Of a stretch of 64,000 nucleotides of DNA, positions 23,009-35,958 are shown in pieces. The position numbers were made by a program, and so were the translations under genes. Within the stretch, counting starts at the first letter, position 1. The number at the start of each line of letters is the position of its first letter. The notes beneath the pieces were generated by a model, which ran no database searches, was not told where the DNA came from, and was given only the letters and a program-made list of their open reading frames with translations. The stretch covers positions 1,984,001 to 2,048,000 of the forward strand of contig JAMWBK010000005.1 in NCBI GenBank assembly GCA_029953675.1, in the 5' to 3' direction. This DNA is from Rhodosorus marinus CCMP1338 (Eukaryota > Plantae > Rhodophyta).

Positions 23009-26000
23009 ATGAAGTTTAATATAGGAGATACTACGATTTATTTTCCGTATCCGTATGTCTACCCTGAGCAATATGAGTATATGAAGGAACTGAAGCATGC
23101 GTTGGAGTCACACGGCCATGGGATTATTGAGATGCCTACGGGAACGGGCAAGACTGTTACTATATTATCTTTCATTATGTCATATCAGATTGCTCAACCG
23201 GATGTTGGGAAACTAATCTATTGCACTCGAACTGTGGGCGAGATGACAAAGGTCAGAGTCATGGATACTTTTGCCTCTACGGAGTCAGATGTGCAGTTAA
23301 CATTTCAAGAGTTTTATCGACTGTGTGCAGGTCATGGCGGAGTTGGAACGTGTAGTAGCTTATAGAAACAAATGTCTTGAGGAGGAGAACGTAGACATAT
23401 CCAAGGCAAAGCAAGGCGTCATTGCGGTGGGCCTGACGACCCGGCGGAATCTTTGTTTGCACCCAGACGTATCCATGGCAGATTCTCGAGAAGAAGCTGA
23501 TTCGATGTGCAGAAGTCTAACCGCGTCTTGGGTAAAGTATCAGATCGGAAGTCACCGAACAAGCTGATCTAGAGATAAGCAGAGACTGAGAATCGTTCAT
23601 CTTTCTTCACCGTTTTCCACGCGCCTGGTCCACCAGGCGCGTTCAGCTGCCATTGAGCGATCTGATGGATCGGGCGTCTGTGAATACTACGAAGGCTACC
23701 GCAACGAAGGATCTGACGCGGTTCTGCCCCCTGGATTCTACGATATTGACCGGCTAATGGAGTTCGGGAAACAGCGAAAGTGGTGCCCTTACTATACTGC
23801 GCGACATGCTTTGAACTTTGCCAACGTCGTGGTGTACAACTACCAATACCTTCTGGTTCGCGCTCACCCCTCAAATTCTGAGCCTGTTGAGAAAAAAAAT
23901 TCTTTCCCAATTGTGACTCACTTGCACTGTGGGTGCCAAATAGGACCCTAAAATCGCAGGGTTGATTAGTAACCAACTGGCTAGAGAGAGTATTGTTGTA
24001 TTCGATGAAGCACATAACATCGACAACGTATGTATTGATGCTCTGAGCGTGAACTTGCGAAAGGATACTCTCGGCAAGTGCAATGGAAACTTAACCACTC
24101 TATCCAACAAGATCAGCGACTACAAGGTAGAGGCGGACCCGTAAGATCTGTCAAACGTATCACGCGAAGCTAACACAAATCCCCACAACTGCACCCGTTT
24201 GCGTAGGCTCGCGATGCTGCACGCCTGCGGGAAGAGTACGAGCGCCTGGTTCGTGGAATCTCCACCACCCTCATTGAACAGAGAACGGAGCAGACGATGG
24301 GCGAATCTGGAGTTAGTGAACTTCTGGGCGCCCCAGTGCTTCCACAGGACATAGTCGAAGAGACTGTGCCGGGAAATATTCGAAGAGCGGAGCATTTTAT
24401 TTCATTTCTGAGGAGAATCGTTGAGTACCTTCGCGAGAAAATGACCATCCAGCACGTCTTTCAGGAGAACCCAAAATTGTTCCTCAATCAAATGCAAAAT
24501 ACGCTGATGACTGACGCGAAGTCGCTCAGGTGAGCTCTTAGCATCGGCGCGATGCTTAACTAGCGTACGTGTCTGAAAAAATCAACTTGCTTGGTGCTTC
24601 GCAGATTTTGCTCGGAGAGGTTAAAGTCCTTGGTCACAACATTAGAAGTGGAGAATCTTTCCGAAATGACCCCCCTCCAGCTTGTGTCGGACTTTGCGAC
24701 TCTGATTGGAACGTATGGACGGAGCGACAATTTTGCGATCATTTTTGAACCCACAGACCACTCTGGCATACCAGATCCCCTGCTGCAACTGGCCTGTTTG
24801 GATGCGTCACTGGGTATCAAACCAGTCTTTGCCCGTTTCCAAACGGTGATCCTGACTTCCGGTATGTCGGAGAACTTAGAGTCAAGCTGGTTCTTGCATG
24901 ACACTCAGGAATTCGCTGCACTAACTCCACTTCTCGATCCTTTGTGAATGACCAGGGACCATTTCGCCGCTTAACTTGTACTCGAAAATCCTGGGCTTCT
25001 CACCAATTGTCGCACGTTCTCTCAGTATGTCAATGGAGAGGAAGTGTATATGTCCGATGATTGTCTCAAGGGGTCCCGACCAGGTTGGTTTCTCAAAAAC
25101 GCAGAGACGGTTCATGCGAAGGCTATCCCCCTGAATGATGGGGTTGCGGATGTGGATTTGCTGACAATGGTGTTTATCCAAATGCGACTAACTGACAGGT
25201 CTCGATGACGTCCAAGTTCATCTCTCGTGACGACTTGTCTGTTGTCCGAAATTATGGAAATCTTGTGATCGAACTGGCCACACACGTGCCAGACGGAATG
25301 GTCGTTTTCTTCACAAGCTACGTTTACATGGAGCTCATGATATCGTACTGGGATGAAATGAACGTCATCAATAGAATACTTGACAAGAAGCTGGTTTTTA
25401 TTGAGACACCTGTACGTGACAACAGTTTGTATTACCTTATCTAACACTTTCACGGTCAGGCCATGCCCCGCTCAAGATATCTTGAATTCGGTTTGCTTCT
25501 GTTCTGCTAGGACATCACTGAGAGCAGCCTTGCGTTGGACAACTACCGGCGAGCCTGCGACTGTGGACGCGGTGCCGTATTTTTGTGCGTCGCCCGAGGA
25601 AAGGTTAGCGTGCTCCAGGAATCGCAGAAATCTTATATTGTGTTACGTTCCCGGAGTCTCAAGTATTTTTTGCTCGCAATCGCTGACAGGTTGCAGAAGG
25701 AATCGATTTTGATGGCCACTACGGGAGAGCAGTGGTTGTTATTGGTGTACCGTTCCAGTATACGGAAAGCAGGGTTCTCCGGGCGAGGCTGGAGTACATG
25801 AGATTGGCCCTACAAATTAGAGAGTCGGACTATCTCAGTTTTGACGCAATGCGGCAGGCGTCCCAGTGCATTGGAAGGGTTATCCGATCTAAATCTGACT
25901 ATGGTATCATGGTTCTAGCAGACAAAAGATTCGTTCGGTGCGTTAGCGAATTCCTTGGGCTCTTGTGCACAGACTCGTCCTGACTTCGTGTTTGCTTGCT

Positions 26001-26280
26001 CACTTTCGACCACGCCAGAAACGAAAAGCGGGGAAAACTACCCCCGTGGATTTTGGACTGCCTTGAGGATGCTCACGTCGATATGGACACCGACGAGGCT
26101 GTGGGTACTGCTAGAAGGTTTCTTAAGGATCTTGCCCAGCCGATGCAGAAATCCACCGCACTTGGTATTGCTCTTCTCACGGGTCGTGAGGTAGCGGACC
26201 TGGAGAGTGGCAAGGCTCTACCAAAACTCAGTATGAACGAGCTCCGAAAGGGGGTTACCACTGGTGCTTTCGTTGAGTGA
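23009..26280 (+). CDS. XPD: TFIIH/NER DNA helicase XPD (ERCC2/RAD3/UVH6), ~12 introns
   Basis: [135 protein letters not shown]. Confidence 0.97.
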
Positions 26281-27520
26281 ATGCGATCAGCTAGCATTGA
26301 GAAGGACGAGTCGGTGGTTCGAAACACCGGACATGACGCTACGCTCCTGAAGCTAGATTGTTCCTCTCGAATGCTGGCCAAAACCCGGTTGGAAGAAAAG
26401 TCGAAAACAGTATCTTAATCCCAGGGCTGTTCTATTGATTGGGAAATAACATATCTACACTAACATTCTAGTGGGTTTTTTGTTTATCATAAACCTCGCT
26501 TATAACTCTTTCAATTTTGGACACAGCTGAGCTCTCCACGATTTTTTCGCAGTGCGCTCGAAGCACTGCTCCGTGGAGGTCCCAGACAATCTGTAACCAA
26601 GACTCTAGGATGACGTTATGATGTAAGCGGAGGCCCCTCTTGGTAGTCTTTTTCGCATCTTGTCGTATTGCTTATTCTGTTTTGGCGCACGTGCGCTAGG
26701 ACGGAGCGAGCGAGTTCAGCTTGGGGTTTGAATTCAAGTAGCCAAACAGACGAAATCCCTCTGCGCAAGGAAGGCAGTGCGGAGTGCCGTCAATCCTTGG
26801 GAAGGACCGTTTGGAACACAAGCTACCAGTTGAGTCGCATCACCATGTCGGTACCTAGATAGACGCATTGGAAATTCCGTTCCGAAGATGAAATCCTAGT
26901 AGACAACATTGTTAGAAGCGGCGGTTAAGAACAAACTTCTCGTACAGTACCGTTCGGCAGCTACAGTGGCAATGAAAGCGATTGCTGCTACTGACCATGC
27001 TCAGACCCAAGTTGACGACAACGCCATTAAAACAGGCGATGCTGAAACCAACTAAAACCTGAACATCTTGGTTGATCTACTCTACGAACACACCAAGACC
27101 CTCCGCCCGAGCTGTGCTCATAGAGACTCTGGAGAAATGCCTGTCCTGCTGCAAACGGCAGAGCACTTGAACTAGTATACAGCAACAAACTTGACAAAGG
27201 CGAGAACGCGACTTGTTTTCAGATTTACTCTACAGCCTCTCTCGATTTGCACTGGGTCATCTCGACGAGGAAGCTTCGAGCAGAAAAATACTCATGGTTG
27301 GATTACTGCGTATAGATAGTTCAAGCCTTGGGAAACGAGCCCGTTAAGAACCAGTGGAACAAGTTGCTTTCCTAAGAATCGCACGTTGAAATTTTTTCGG
27401 CACAAGGAGGGTTCGATGTTTATGAAGCTTGAAGGTTTTGTCCGCCCGGTTTTGATTTCATCCTAGACTCTGGTCATTCATCTCCCATTAACTTACTCAG
27501 CAAGTTGCGCTCCTTGAAGC

Positions 27521-29154
27521 TTATCTTTCCAGCGCCCTCGGGGTCATGAATTTCTTGAGGGTCTCATCTGTAACCTCTGCGCGCCTAACCTGATGCTGCT
27601 TAACCATATCTTGGAGGACCTTGATGCATTCCAGCTTCATCTCGCCGCTTAATATTTCCCCTTTTCTATACCCGTCTGCCAGCTTTTCGATAAGCTCGTC
27701 ATCATCACAAAAGAATGTCAGGTACCTGTATGCAATATCCACCTCCACTATTCCTCCCTACACGCATTAGTGAATCGCACGGCGGTCACAGTTTAGCAAA
27801 GTTCCTACAACCATAGTTTCAGTGAACTCGTAGAGCAGAGGTACTGCAACACGTCTTACCAATTCGCGGTGCTCCTCCAGGGTCGCTCGACCCCCGGAAA
27901 ACGCATACTTGTTGACCTTCTTCTTTATCTGAGCAGGCGTATCCGTAATAAAAATCGCGCTATTCTCATCCGAAGCGCTCATCTTCGTGTTGTCTCCTTG
28001 AAGTGCGGGGAAGAATTTGCTATGAATCAATGCTGGCTTCTTCAGTTTAAGCCGATGCGCGGCATCCCTTGTCATCCTTGAGGGTTCAGATTGGACGGGG
28101 AAGGCTTAGGTATGAGGACAAGCAAGCATCGACTAAAACAATGTTTAAGGAGGCCTTACCGGAAGTAAGGGTCTTGGTCGATCGCGCATGGTATAAGACA
28201 CGGTAAATCGCTCTTCTCTCCGAAGATGTCCGGGAAGGAGGATGAAAACGATGGGGCAGCTTGCACGGCTGGAAATCCATGCTTGCCTATGTTGTCGCTG
28301 TCCGTGAAGCCGAAGATGCCCTTCACCTGGTTATAAGTCACAGCCTATTGTAGTAGGGAACCCAGACAGGTGAGCACATCGTTTGATGCTTGCCTGACCG
28401 AGCAAGTTCAGATCTCGCAACTTTCTTCACCTTCTGGATCTTTACAATATTCTTCCACATTGTACCCACGTAGTCCAAGTCGGAGAAGATGAAGGTCTTC
28501 TCTGGATCAAATCCACAGGCGATTATGTCCTTCGCGTTGTCCTTTCCCATCTGGTAAAAGTCTTCGAGCTTCTTCTTGGGGTCTTGAGTAAACAGGAACT
28601 TTTCATCATCCGTAAGCTGGATCACAAGTGGTACATTAAAAGCTTCCTAGAGTTTCAGGACGAAGCAGCTGTGAGTTTTCAGGTCCCTTGCACGATCTAG
28701 CAAGCGCTGGCAAGATATTGCACAGGGTCGATCAAGCAGGACGTACCTGCAGATACTTCGTAAACATGAAAGGAATCAGGTGTCCCAAGTGAAGCGCTCG
28801 TGAGCTCGGACCTCTACCAGTATATAGAAAGAACTTTTTACCCTTCTCGTACAAATCCAAGATAAACCCCAGATCTCTGTGCGAAAAGAAAACCCCGCGC
28901 CTCAGCAACGGATGGGCCGGCTTCCCCGTGACCCTCTCGATCCTCTCCACGAGGTCCTGATCTATTCTCTTAGATCCAAAGTCCTTGACTAACTTATCGT
29001 AGTCGACAACGCCTGATACTGTCCACGGCGTCACCACCACCTCCTCACCACCCCCTCCCCCGTTCTCCACATCAGTCCTCACTCCTCCCTCCACGCTCAT
29101 CGCAGATGTTTCAGACTTCGTGCCCTCATTCCCGCTATTACCCTCCTTCTCCAT
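27521..29154 (-). CDS. WARS: Cytosolic-type tryptophanyl-tRNA synthetase (possible extra upstream exon to ~29445)
   Basis: [103 protein letters not shown]; multi-exon. Confidence 0.96.
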
Positions 29155-29313
29155 AATCTCTCTAGGTTCCTTTCTACTCCGTCCACCTTCACAAACATTC
29201 AACTACTCCCTATCTTAAACCCTACCCCACAACTCCATCTCCCCGCCGTTCCCAACAGTTACAACATCTCCATTGGTCAAAACATCCGACTTAGCAGATT
29301 CCATCTCTGACGG

Positions 29314-29406
29314 TTCAGGGTTAGTAACACACTTGCCTACTTCAGGGTTAGTAACACACTTGCCTACTTCAGGGTTAGTAACACACTTGCGCACTTCAGG
29401 GTTAGT
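29314..29406. repeat. 27-nt tandem repeat, ~3.4 copies (TTCAGGGTTAGTAACACACTTGCCTAC)
   Basis: Copies at 29314-29340, 29341-29367, 29368-29394 (2 mismatches) and a partial copy at 29395-29406; minus strand reads (KCVTNPEVG)n. Confidence 0.95.
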
Positions 29407-30245
29407 TCTATCATTGCGACCCTGAAGCACGTGTGAAGGATTCATACTTTAGTGGTCATTTGTTTGTCCTGAGGAAGGGCTGAATCTGTTCTCTCGGCAT
29501 ACGCCAAGATTAGTTGAACGTAGTTGCCCTGCCGAAAAACAAAAGGGGTCTTGCGCTGTTGTCGGAAGGGGTGTTTCAGGATCTAGATTCTCGGAGTCTG
29601 GAATTAAGGGACTTTTCTGCGGGTGGCGCTGCACCGGTGGAAGACCCGACGCGGAGCTTCTTTTGGGAGGGAGCGCTTTCGTTTCCGTTGAGGAGAAGGT
29701 AGTAGAAGACAAGAACATAAGACCTGTATGCTCCAAAAGACGATATGTGCGCAACTAGCTTGTTGCTCATCTTGGAACATAGTGGCTTTCGAGCTTCATA
29801 TACCTACCTGAGTGGGTCCGCGAGTCCTGATTTCTAACGACTCATGGGACTAGGGTTTGCATGTATGCCACCCGTCGGGTTGAAAGTATGTACAAGTTCG
29901 GACAATGATGTCTCCTTTAGTGATGATTATGAATATAAGGACAACAAATCAGTCGGGCGCACGAGCAATCACATGCGCAGCAGCACCTGCGTGCGCTTCA
30001 GCCCCTCCGCAAAACAAAAATAACCAAACATGTAAGCCTTGTCCTAGTCCGTTCCCTCGGAATATCAGCAGCCAAAAACGGATGCCGGTGCCAATCTGCT
30101 TGGAATGACTTGCATGACTGTATTACAATCTCTTCCTACTCGGGTCTTCTCAACTTGTCCGGACAGCTTACAGCATCACCAGCGCGGCGGGTAAAAAACA
30201 AAAAAACGTAAAACACACACTGCCGTGGTCCATTCTCATCCTCCC

Positions 30246-31707
30246 TCAAACGGAGGGAATGGACGAGTGGAATGGTGGTGTCTCACCCAGTCCCAGCCCT
30301 GCTCCAATCTGCTCTTCGCTAGTGGCAGAGAGGTAGCTTGTCGTAGGGGACGGAGGCTCACCAATTAGCGGAGAGCTCTTCACCAACTCTTTTCTCTTCT
30401 GAATGACCTTCTTGCCAGAGGAGAGCTGTACGTTTCTAACCATCGCGTTCAACTCAGAGAGGGCTGCGTCGTAGCCTCGCAGGACGTGGCGCATAGTGTA
30501 ATGAATCACCCGCGACACCCAAAGCTTGAACAAAAGCTCGCACCAGTCCTCGTTGTCCTTGTCGAAGTTGTCGAGAAGGACGCGGTACGCATTCACCCAT
30601 GCCGCCTCGTCCATGAAGCCCCACTTCGGGAAATTTCTGGCACTCATCAGTCCCGAAGCGATGCGGTCCGGGAAAAGCTTAAGAAGCGTTTCCTGCTCGG
30701 TGGTCCAGTTTTCTCTGAGCAGCTCAAGCGACTTTTCGATATCATAGCCAATCTTTTCCCGCACCTCCACAGGTACCGCTTCTCCGGCTTGTACGTGATG
30801 AACTGAATTAGTATCGATGATTTCTTTCTTGATAGTCTGAACTGCATCGAAACATTCGATCAGCATTGTCTTCAGATCACGAAGCCCTCCGTACAGAGCG
30901 TGCAGCTTGCCCTGTGCGTCCGACCGAGTTTTCATTTCAGCTTCCGTTCCTTTCACTCCCACTACCTATAGTTGTGCTAGCTTACCTGTGGCACGTAGAT
31001 CTCATTGATGGAAAGTCCTGATTTTACAGCGGCGAAAGTGTACATTGTGTCGATTCCCCAGTCTGATCGTTCCATAACCTCCGGGCTGTCGAGAAACACT
31101 TTGACCGCTCGGCGACTCATAAGCAGCTCCCCGCCGAGGGGCTGTTGTATGTGGGCGATGTTCTTGTGAGGCCAGAGTAGACTGAATCCCACCCTGGTGA
31201 CCTGCCAGGTGATCTGGGCATCGGTAGAGGAGCGGGGAAAGTAGTGCCTGACCAGATCGTACTCGAGATCTGCAGAATCCTCTGCCTTCGATATCCACAG
31301 CGGAGAGAAAGACTCGATATCTGCATCATAGAAGTGCAAACGCTGAAGTTTCGGCCGGTAGTCATGGAAGATCTTCAACGCAGAATTCATTCCATCGCCC
31401 TTCCCAGGTCTAGATATGTGTGCGAATGGGGTGAGGTGGGACGTTAGATACTGCAGTGAGTCTTCCCTGCTCGACTTGCTACTCACCTCAAGCTTCCTAC
31501 TCGCTCTTGCACCTTGAGGATGATTTTCTTTCCATTCGCCTGCTCAATAGCCGGAATCTCCTTCGCTATGCCCTCGTAAGTTTCATTCTTTCCCGCCGCC
31601 ACGAGAAGAACGACGGAAACCCGACTATGCTTCGCCGCGATTCTCACGTTCTTGAGCACAACATCAATCCGCTCTTTCTTGAATGGAAAACATACCAGAG
31701 AAGCCAT
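30246..31707 (-). CDS. mgs: Mannosylglycerate (digeneaside) synthase, GT78
   Basis: MASLVCFPFK.E...NVRIAA.H, QERVGSLR|PGKGDGMNSAL, LHFYDADIESF..WI.KAE, LVRHYFPRSSTDAQITW, QPLGGELLM, SDWGIDT, GKLHALYGGLRDLKTMLIECF, LFKLWVSRV - closely matching my recollection of Rhodothermus marinus MGS; introns 31410-31486 and 30912-30985. Confidence 0.93.
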
Positions 31708-32342
31708 ACTTGCGTATTGTCGAGCTTCGCTTTCGCACCACTTTCTTCTTCAAAGTATATTCCACAACGCAACGCTCTTCCCGCTCCCAGCTCCTCACAC
31801 CTCTCCTCAGCCTCTACAAGCACCTTCTACTAACGAAACCCTTTCACCCACCTATTCTACCGCGTTCACGCTCTTATATATGCCCACCCTCAATTCATGA
31901 CACACCCGATGCATCAGCTTTCCCACCAAGTCCTTCCCCCCCTGCTTAATGGACTGCAAAGGAGAACGAATCCGTCATTTTATTTCTCAAAAAGTTGTAT
32001 CAGATAAAGTTGAATGCACTTGTTCTGGTGAAATGGTCTGCCCACTTGGAAATCCAAAACTTTGACATCCACGCAATGTCAAAGTGAACTGACCCAGTCT
32101 CAAACAACTCCATTAGAGATGGGTTTCAAATTTCTTGAACAATAACGGGGCATCAAGCTACAATGCTAGGGCTAAGAGGATCTCTTTTCCCCCCAAACGC
32201 CTCTACCAATCAAACACACACCCCATCCCCCCCCCCTAAACCTTTGCTCACCAAAAATCAAACTCGGAAAACCTTGCCAGCAGCAAGCGAAAGGGTGGAT
32301 GCATTGATGATGCCGATTTTTTTCTTTTCAGGTTTCCAGGTT

Positions 32343-32362
32343 TGTGTGTGTGTGTGTGTGTG
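32343..32362. repeat. (TG)10 microsatellite
   Basis: Directly visible dinucleotide run. Confidence 0.9.
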
Positions 32363-32492
32363 TTTCTTTTGTGAACCCTTCTGCTGTATTTTAATAGAAA
32401 TTTGTACGCCACCACCGTTCAGCATTGTCATTTGGCGAAATGTTATCTGATCGGTTGTGGTTAACAAGAAATCCATCAGAGGTACCTCACTA

Positions 32493-32645
32493 CCCCCTAA
32501 CAAAAAAAAATTATCAGATGTAGATGTCTAGAACATCCCCCTCTACTACAGCATGTACCCGAATAATATTTATTTAGTTTAAATATATTGGGGATATTTG
32601 AAGAAGTTGTTCTCTTGATCTGACAAGATATTTTGTTAGGGGGGG
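32493..32645. mobile_element. Decayed fold-back / MITE-like element (~150 bp)
   Basis: CCCCCTAACAAAA...TCAGAT (32493-32519) is inverted as ATCTGA...TTTTGTTAGGGGG (32618-32643), with weaker inner pairing (AGAACA/TGTTCT, ATCCCC/GGGGAT). No clean target-site duplication seen. Confidence 0.35.
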
Positions 32646-35600
32646 ATACGCGTTTTTGAACGTGGAAGAGTAATCCAACTGTGTTCTAAAAATCTGTACC
32701 GTACCAAAAAAATGCTCTAAAGCACGCTTAAGCTCATGTTTTTCGAATATATTTAAAGAATATGAACTTGAATTTCAGTTGACGGTTATTCGTAACTTAA
32801 TTGGTTTACAATGCACCTGAATACTTTTCCTTAATATTATTTTTAATATAAAATTTGAGGGCAGCACCACACTATTCAATCAGCGCCGCAGACCTAGCAA
32901 GTTTATTTAATTTCATAATTTTCGGGAATGGTCTGAAAATCCAGTTTTTTCAGAAACTAGCGAATGGAGGCAGACTTTGAAGGATTTTGATGGCAGCCCG
33001 AGATTTTTGAGCGAAGCTTCCAGATTCTTCCGCTAATAATTGGTCACAATCCACTACAAATAGAATATGGCATCTGAAATACCAAAAAAACTACTCCAAT
33101 CTTCTAAATACGTTGTAATATTTCTAATTTGCTGTTATTTGGATTAGCAAGCGCGACCACAAAGCCTAGTTCGCTGTTTCGCCTGGATTTGCAGAGGGGC
33201 TCTCGTGAGCGCTAATAAGCTCCGGTAACAGAGCCAATTTCCTTTCAATATTCTACTCTCGATTTTTCTTTGCACTCCAACACGATCAGTTTGTAGGTGT
33301 CTACCCCACAGATGAAACGTCACATCATCCTTTCGCTCAGGATTCGAGCACTGAAATTAGTACCGGCTTGACCACTTTGGTCCCCTAGAGTGAAGCGGGA
33401 AACATGAAAGCTAACTTGGAAAAGGGGTTATGGCGTTGTAAAGCGATGGAGTCGAATGAGGTTCTTTCGTTTTTTCCAAAAAGCGTATTAGGTTTCAGGA
33501 AAAGCTATCCAGCTCCCCAGCGCCGACTTGCGCCTTCCGCCGGATTGTAAATGCTTGATAGGGCAGATGGAGCTTTATTCGGCGCTCGACCCGTAGAAGC
33601 CGCCGAGGTGAGAGTGGAGTTGCATTTTACCACTCAATCCTATACATTTGATCCCGGAGCTCATGTGGGATAGTAATGAGCTCAAAAGGAAGCTTCTTCT
33701 ATTCTTGGTACTGTGCTGAGACTATGTAGTATGAAGTGACATGTGTGAGAGGACACTTTTTTTGACCGCTTTTGGTCTGCACATATGCCTGTGATTGTGT
33801 ACCCGAGCACCAGTTTATCTTTGGTGGCCTTGAAACCCATTATGCTCTGCGCTAACGGTAGTCTTATAAAGATGGCCCGCATCGGAAGATGCAATCTCAG
33901 TGAGTTTGCTTTGAATGTAGATTGCTTGCGATCGATGTCATTTGATATGGAACGGGATTCGGACCCTTGCCGAATCCCGAATAGATTTCTGGGACCCGGT
34001 TATGGTGGTGAAGAACTTCACTCATACACTTCACATATATATCGTACCTCCTTGGTTGTGAGATGTGAGAGCCTGCCTCAACACAAGGCGCTACTCTATT
34101 TACAGTTCACTCGTTCTTGTCCAGCGATGAGTTTCCGGCCTATGCTCTTTACTGTGCTCTCCTCCGCAGAGATGATTCGGGGCTCTAATAACGCGTCGGC
34201 CTTGAACTAATGGTGGACGAACTCATTCCTGTGTCTTCCGTGAACACGCGAGATAAAGGTGGGAAACAGAATTGTCAACGGTTGCAACTTTCACGTGTGG
34301 AAGCCTGGTTTTCCCGTGGAGGATTTAAAAACGCGGTTTGCTGATGCTATCTTTTAAAGCTCGCGGATCGTCCCATTTCATGAACGGGGTTACTACGGAC
34401 TCTGTCCTAGTCTCTTAGTCTCAACGTGTAAACCCACGCGGTGGTAAATGCTTTCAATGAGCGAATCGACCTCCTTCAAACAGCAAGTCAGATTCTTCGC
34501 CTGGTGACTAGTGAGCCTCTTAGTTTCCTAAGCGGCGCAGCATATGCTCGTCTAAGGAGACGCGGAAGCATTTTCTGGTTACTGCACGATGGCACCTGTA
34601 GGTGTATAGGACAACCGGAATTGCCAGGACTGCTCCATTGGTTTTCATGACGTTCGCCGTTGGTGGCTTTTTTGTCAGAGGCGCGACCCAGCGTTTGTTG
34701 TTCAAATTCCCGCGAACTATTTGGCTGACGAAAATAGAAAGGTACAGTGTTGTTAAGAATCCCTCACTTCATCGTCAGCAACGCAGTAACCTTAACGAAC
34801 GCAAATGGGCATCAGCCATCAGCGTCAGCAGGGCAGTAAAAGGAAAAGATATGTATCGTTCTTGTCTTCAGAGTAGACAGGCTGGGTCCTAAGGCCTTCC
34901 TAGTTGCTCGGTTGCAATCATATGAACCTGTCCAGCGTGCTCCCGCCGTACCGTACTAGAGTTGTTATGAATGTCGACAAGTCAAAATTCCTCTATTTCC
35001 ACAGCGGAAAGAGGAGCGAGGTAAGCCTAGAACGTTTGCTAGCGAAGCTGGACTTGAGGATTGACAGCTGTCACCAGCGTGAATCCTCATACAGAACGGT
35101 GTCAAGACAAACGCCAGGAACAACCGGTCCACGCCCACAAGATCTAGTCTTGGTGTTGCAAATCACTGCTGCTGCTGCGTTTCAAGATTTGATCCGCGGT
35201 TCGCTAAATCGCATTGTACAGCAGTCTCACGTGCACTACCTCATCGTTCCACAGAAACCAATATCCACGTCAAACTCATTACGGAACATGACCCCTCTAT
35301 CGTAGTGGAAAAAAGTGCAGATATCTTACATAAAACTCTTACCCCTACGAGTCAAGATAACAATTGTGTTTTGGAATTTTTGCATCGATCTTTACAAGAA
35401 AGTCGCCGGTACAGGGGTGGGTAGAAATGACCGAAATCGTCATGGTTAGGTAGATGACCGGGGGGGGGGGGTAAGAGAAGATGGTTTTGAACCGAATGAA
35501 TATGTCGGGTCTGGTTAAGTCGGCGGAAACCATCCGACGAAGGGTTTGAGATGGATCGCAAACTGCACAGGGACAAAAGCTGAGAACCGGAGTTGGTTGG

Positions 35601-35958
35601 AATCGGTTATCACCGTAGATTATGACATCGATGCAGCCAGAAATTTGTTCATCCGGTCGTCGTTTCCGTGGAAACGTCCAATTCCGCACATGGTACAGAC
35701 CGCCTCGTATGTGATCGCAATACGACCGAGTGGAATCTCATCGCGCGGAATGCGGGCGTGTAGGAATGGAGAGGGTTTGAGAATGGGATGCCCATGGGAT
35801 TGTAGATGGATTGATCCTTTTCGGATAAATCCACTTACAATCGATTTCGGGATAGACGGAAGCGGGCAGTTTTGAAGAAAATAAAAATGTTTTGCGGGAG
35901 CTTTTTGTTTCTGAGGAATCTTGAAGATGTTTCGTGAAGGTGTCTGGATTGAGTTGTA

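Noticed and set aside
26300-27500. Possible gene between XPD and TrpRS 3' ends
   Set aside because: A hydrophobic minus-strand frame near 26950-27070 could not be extended into a coherent spliced model.
33953-33979. 10-bp perfect hairpin CGGGATTCGG/CCGAATCCCG
   Set aside because: Roughly one such stem is expected by chance in 64 kb; no U-tract or other support.
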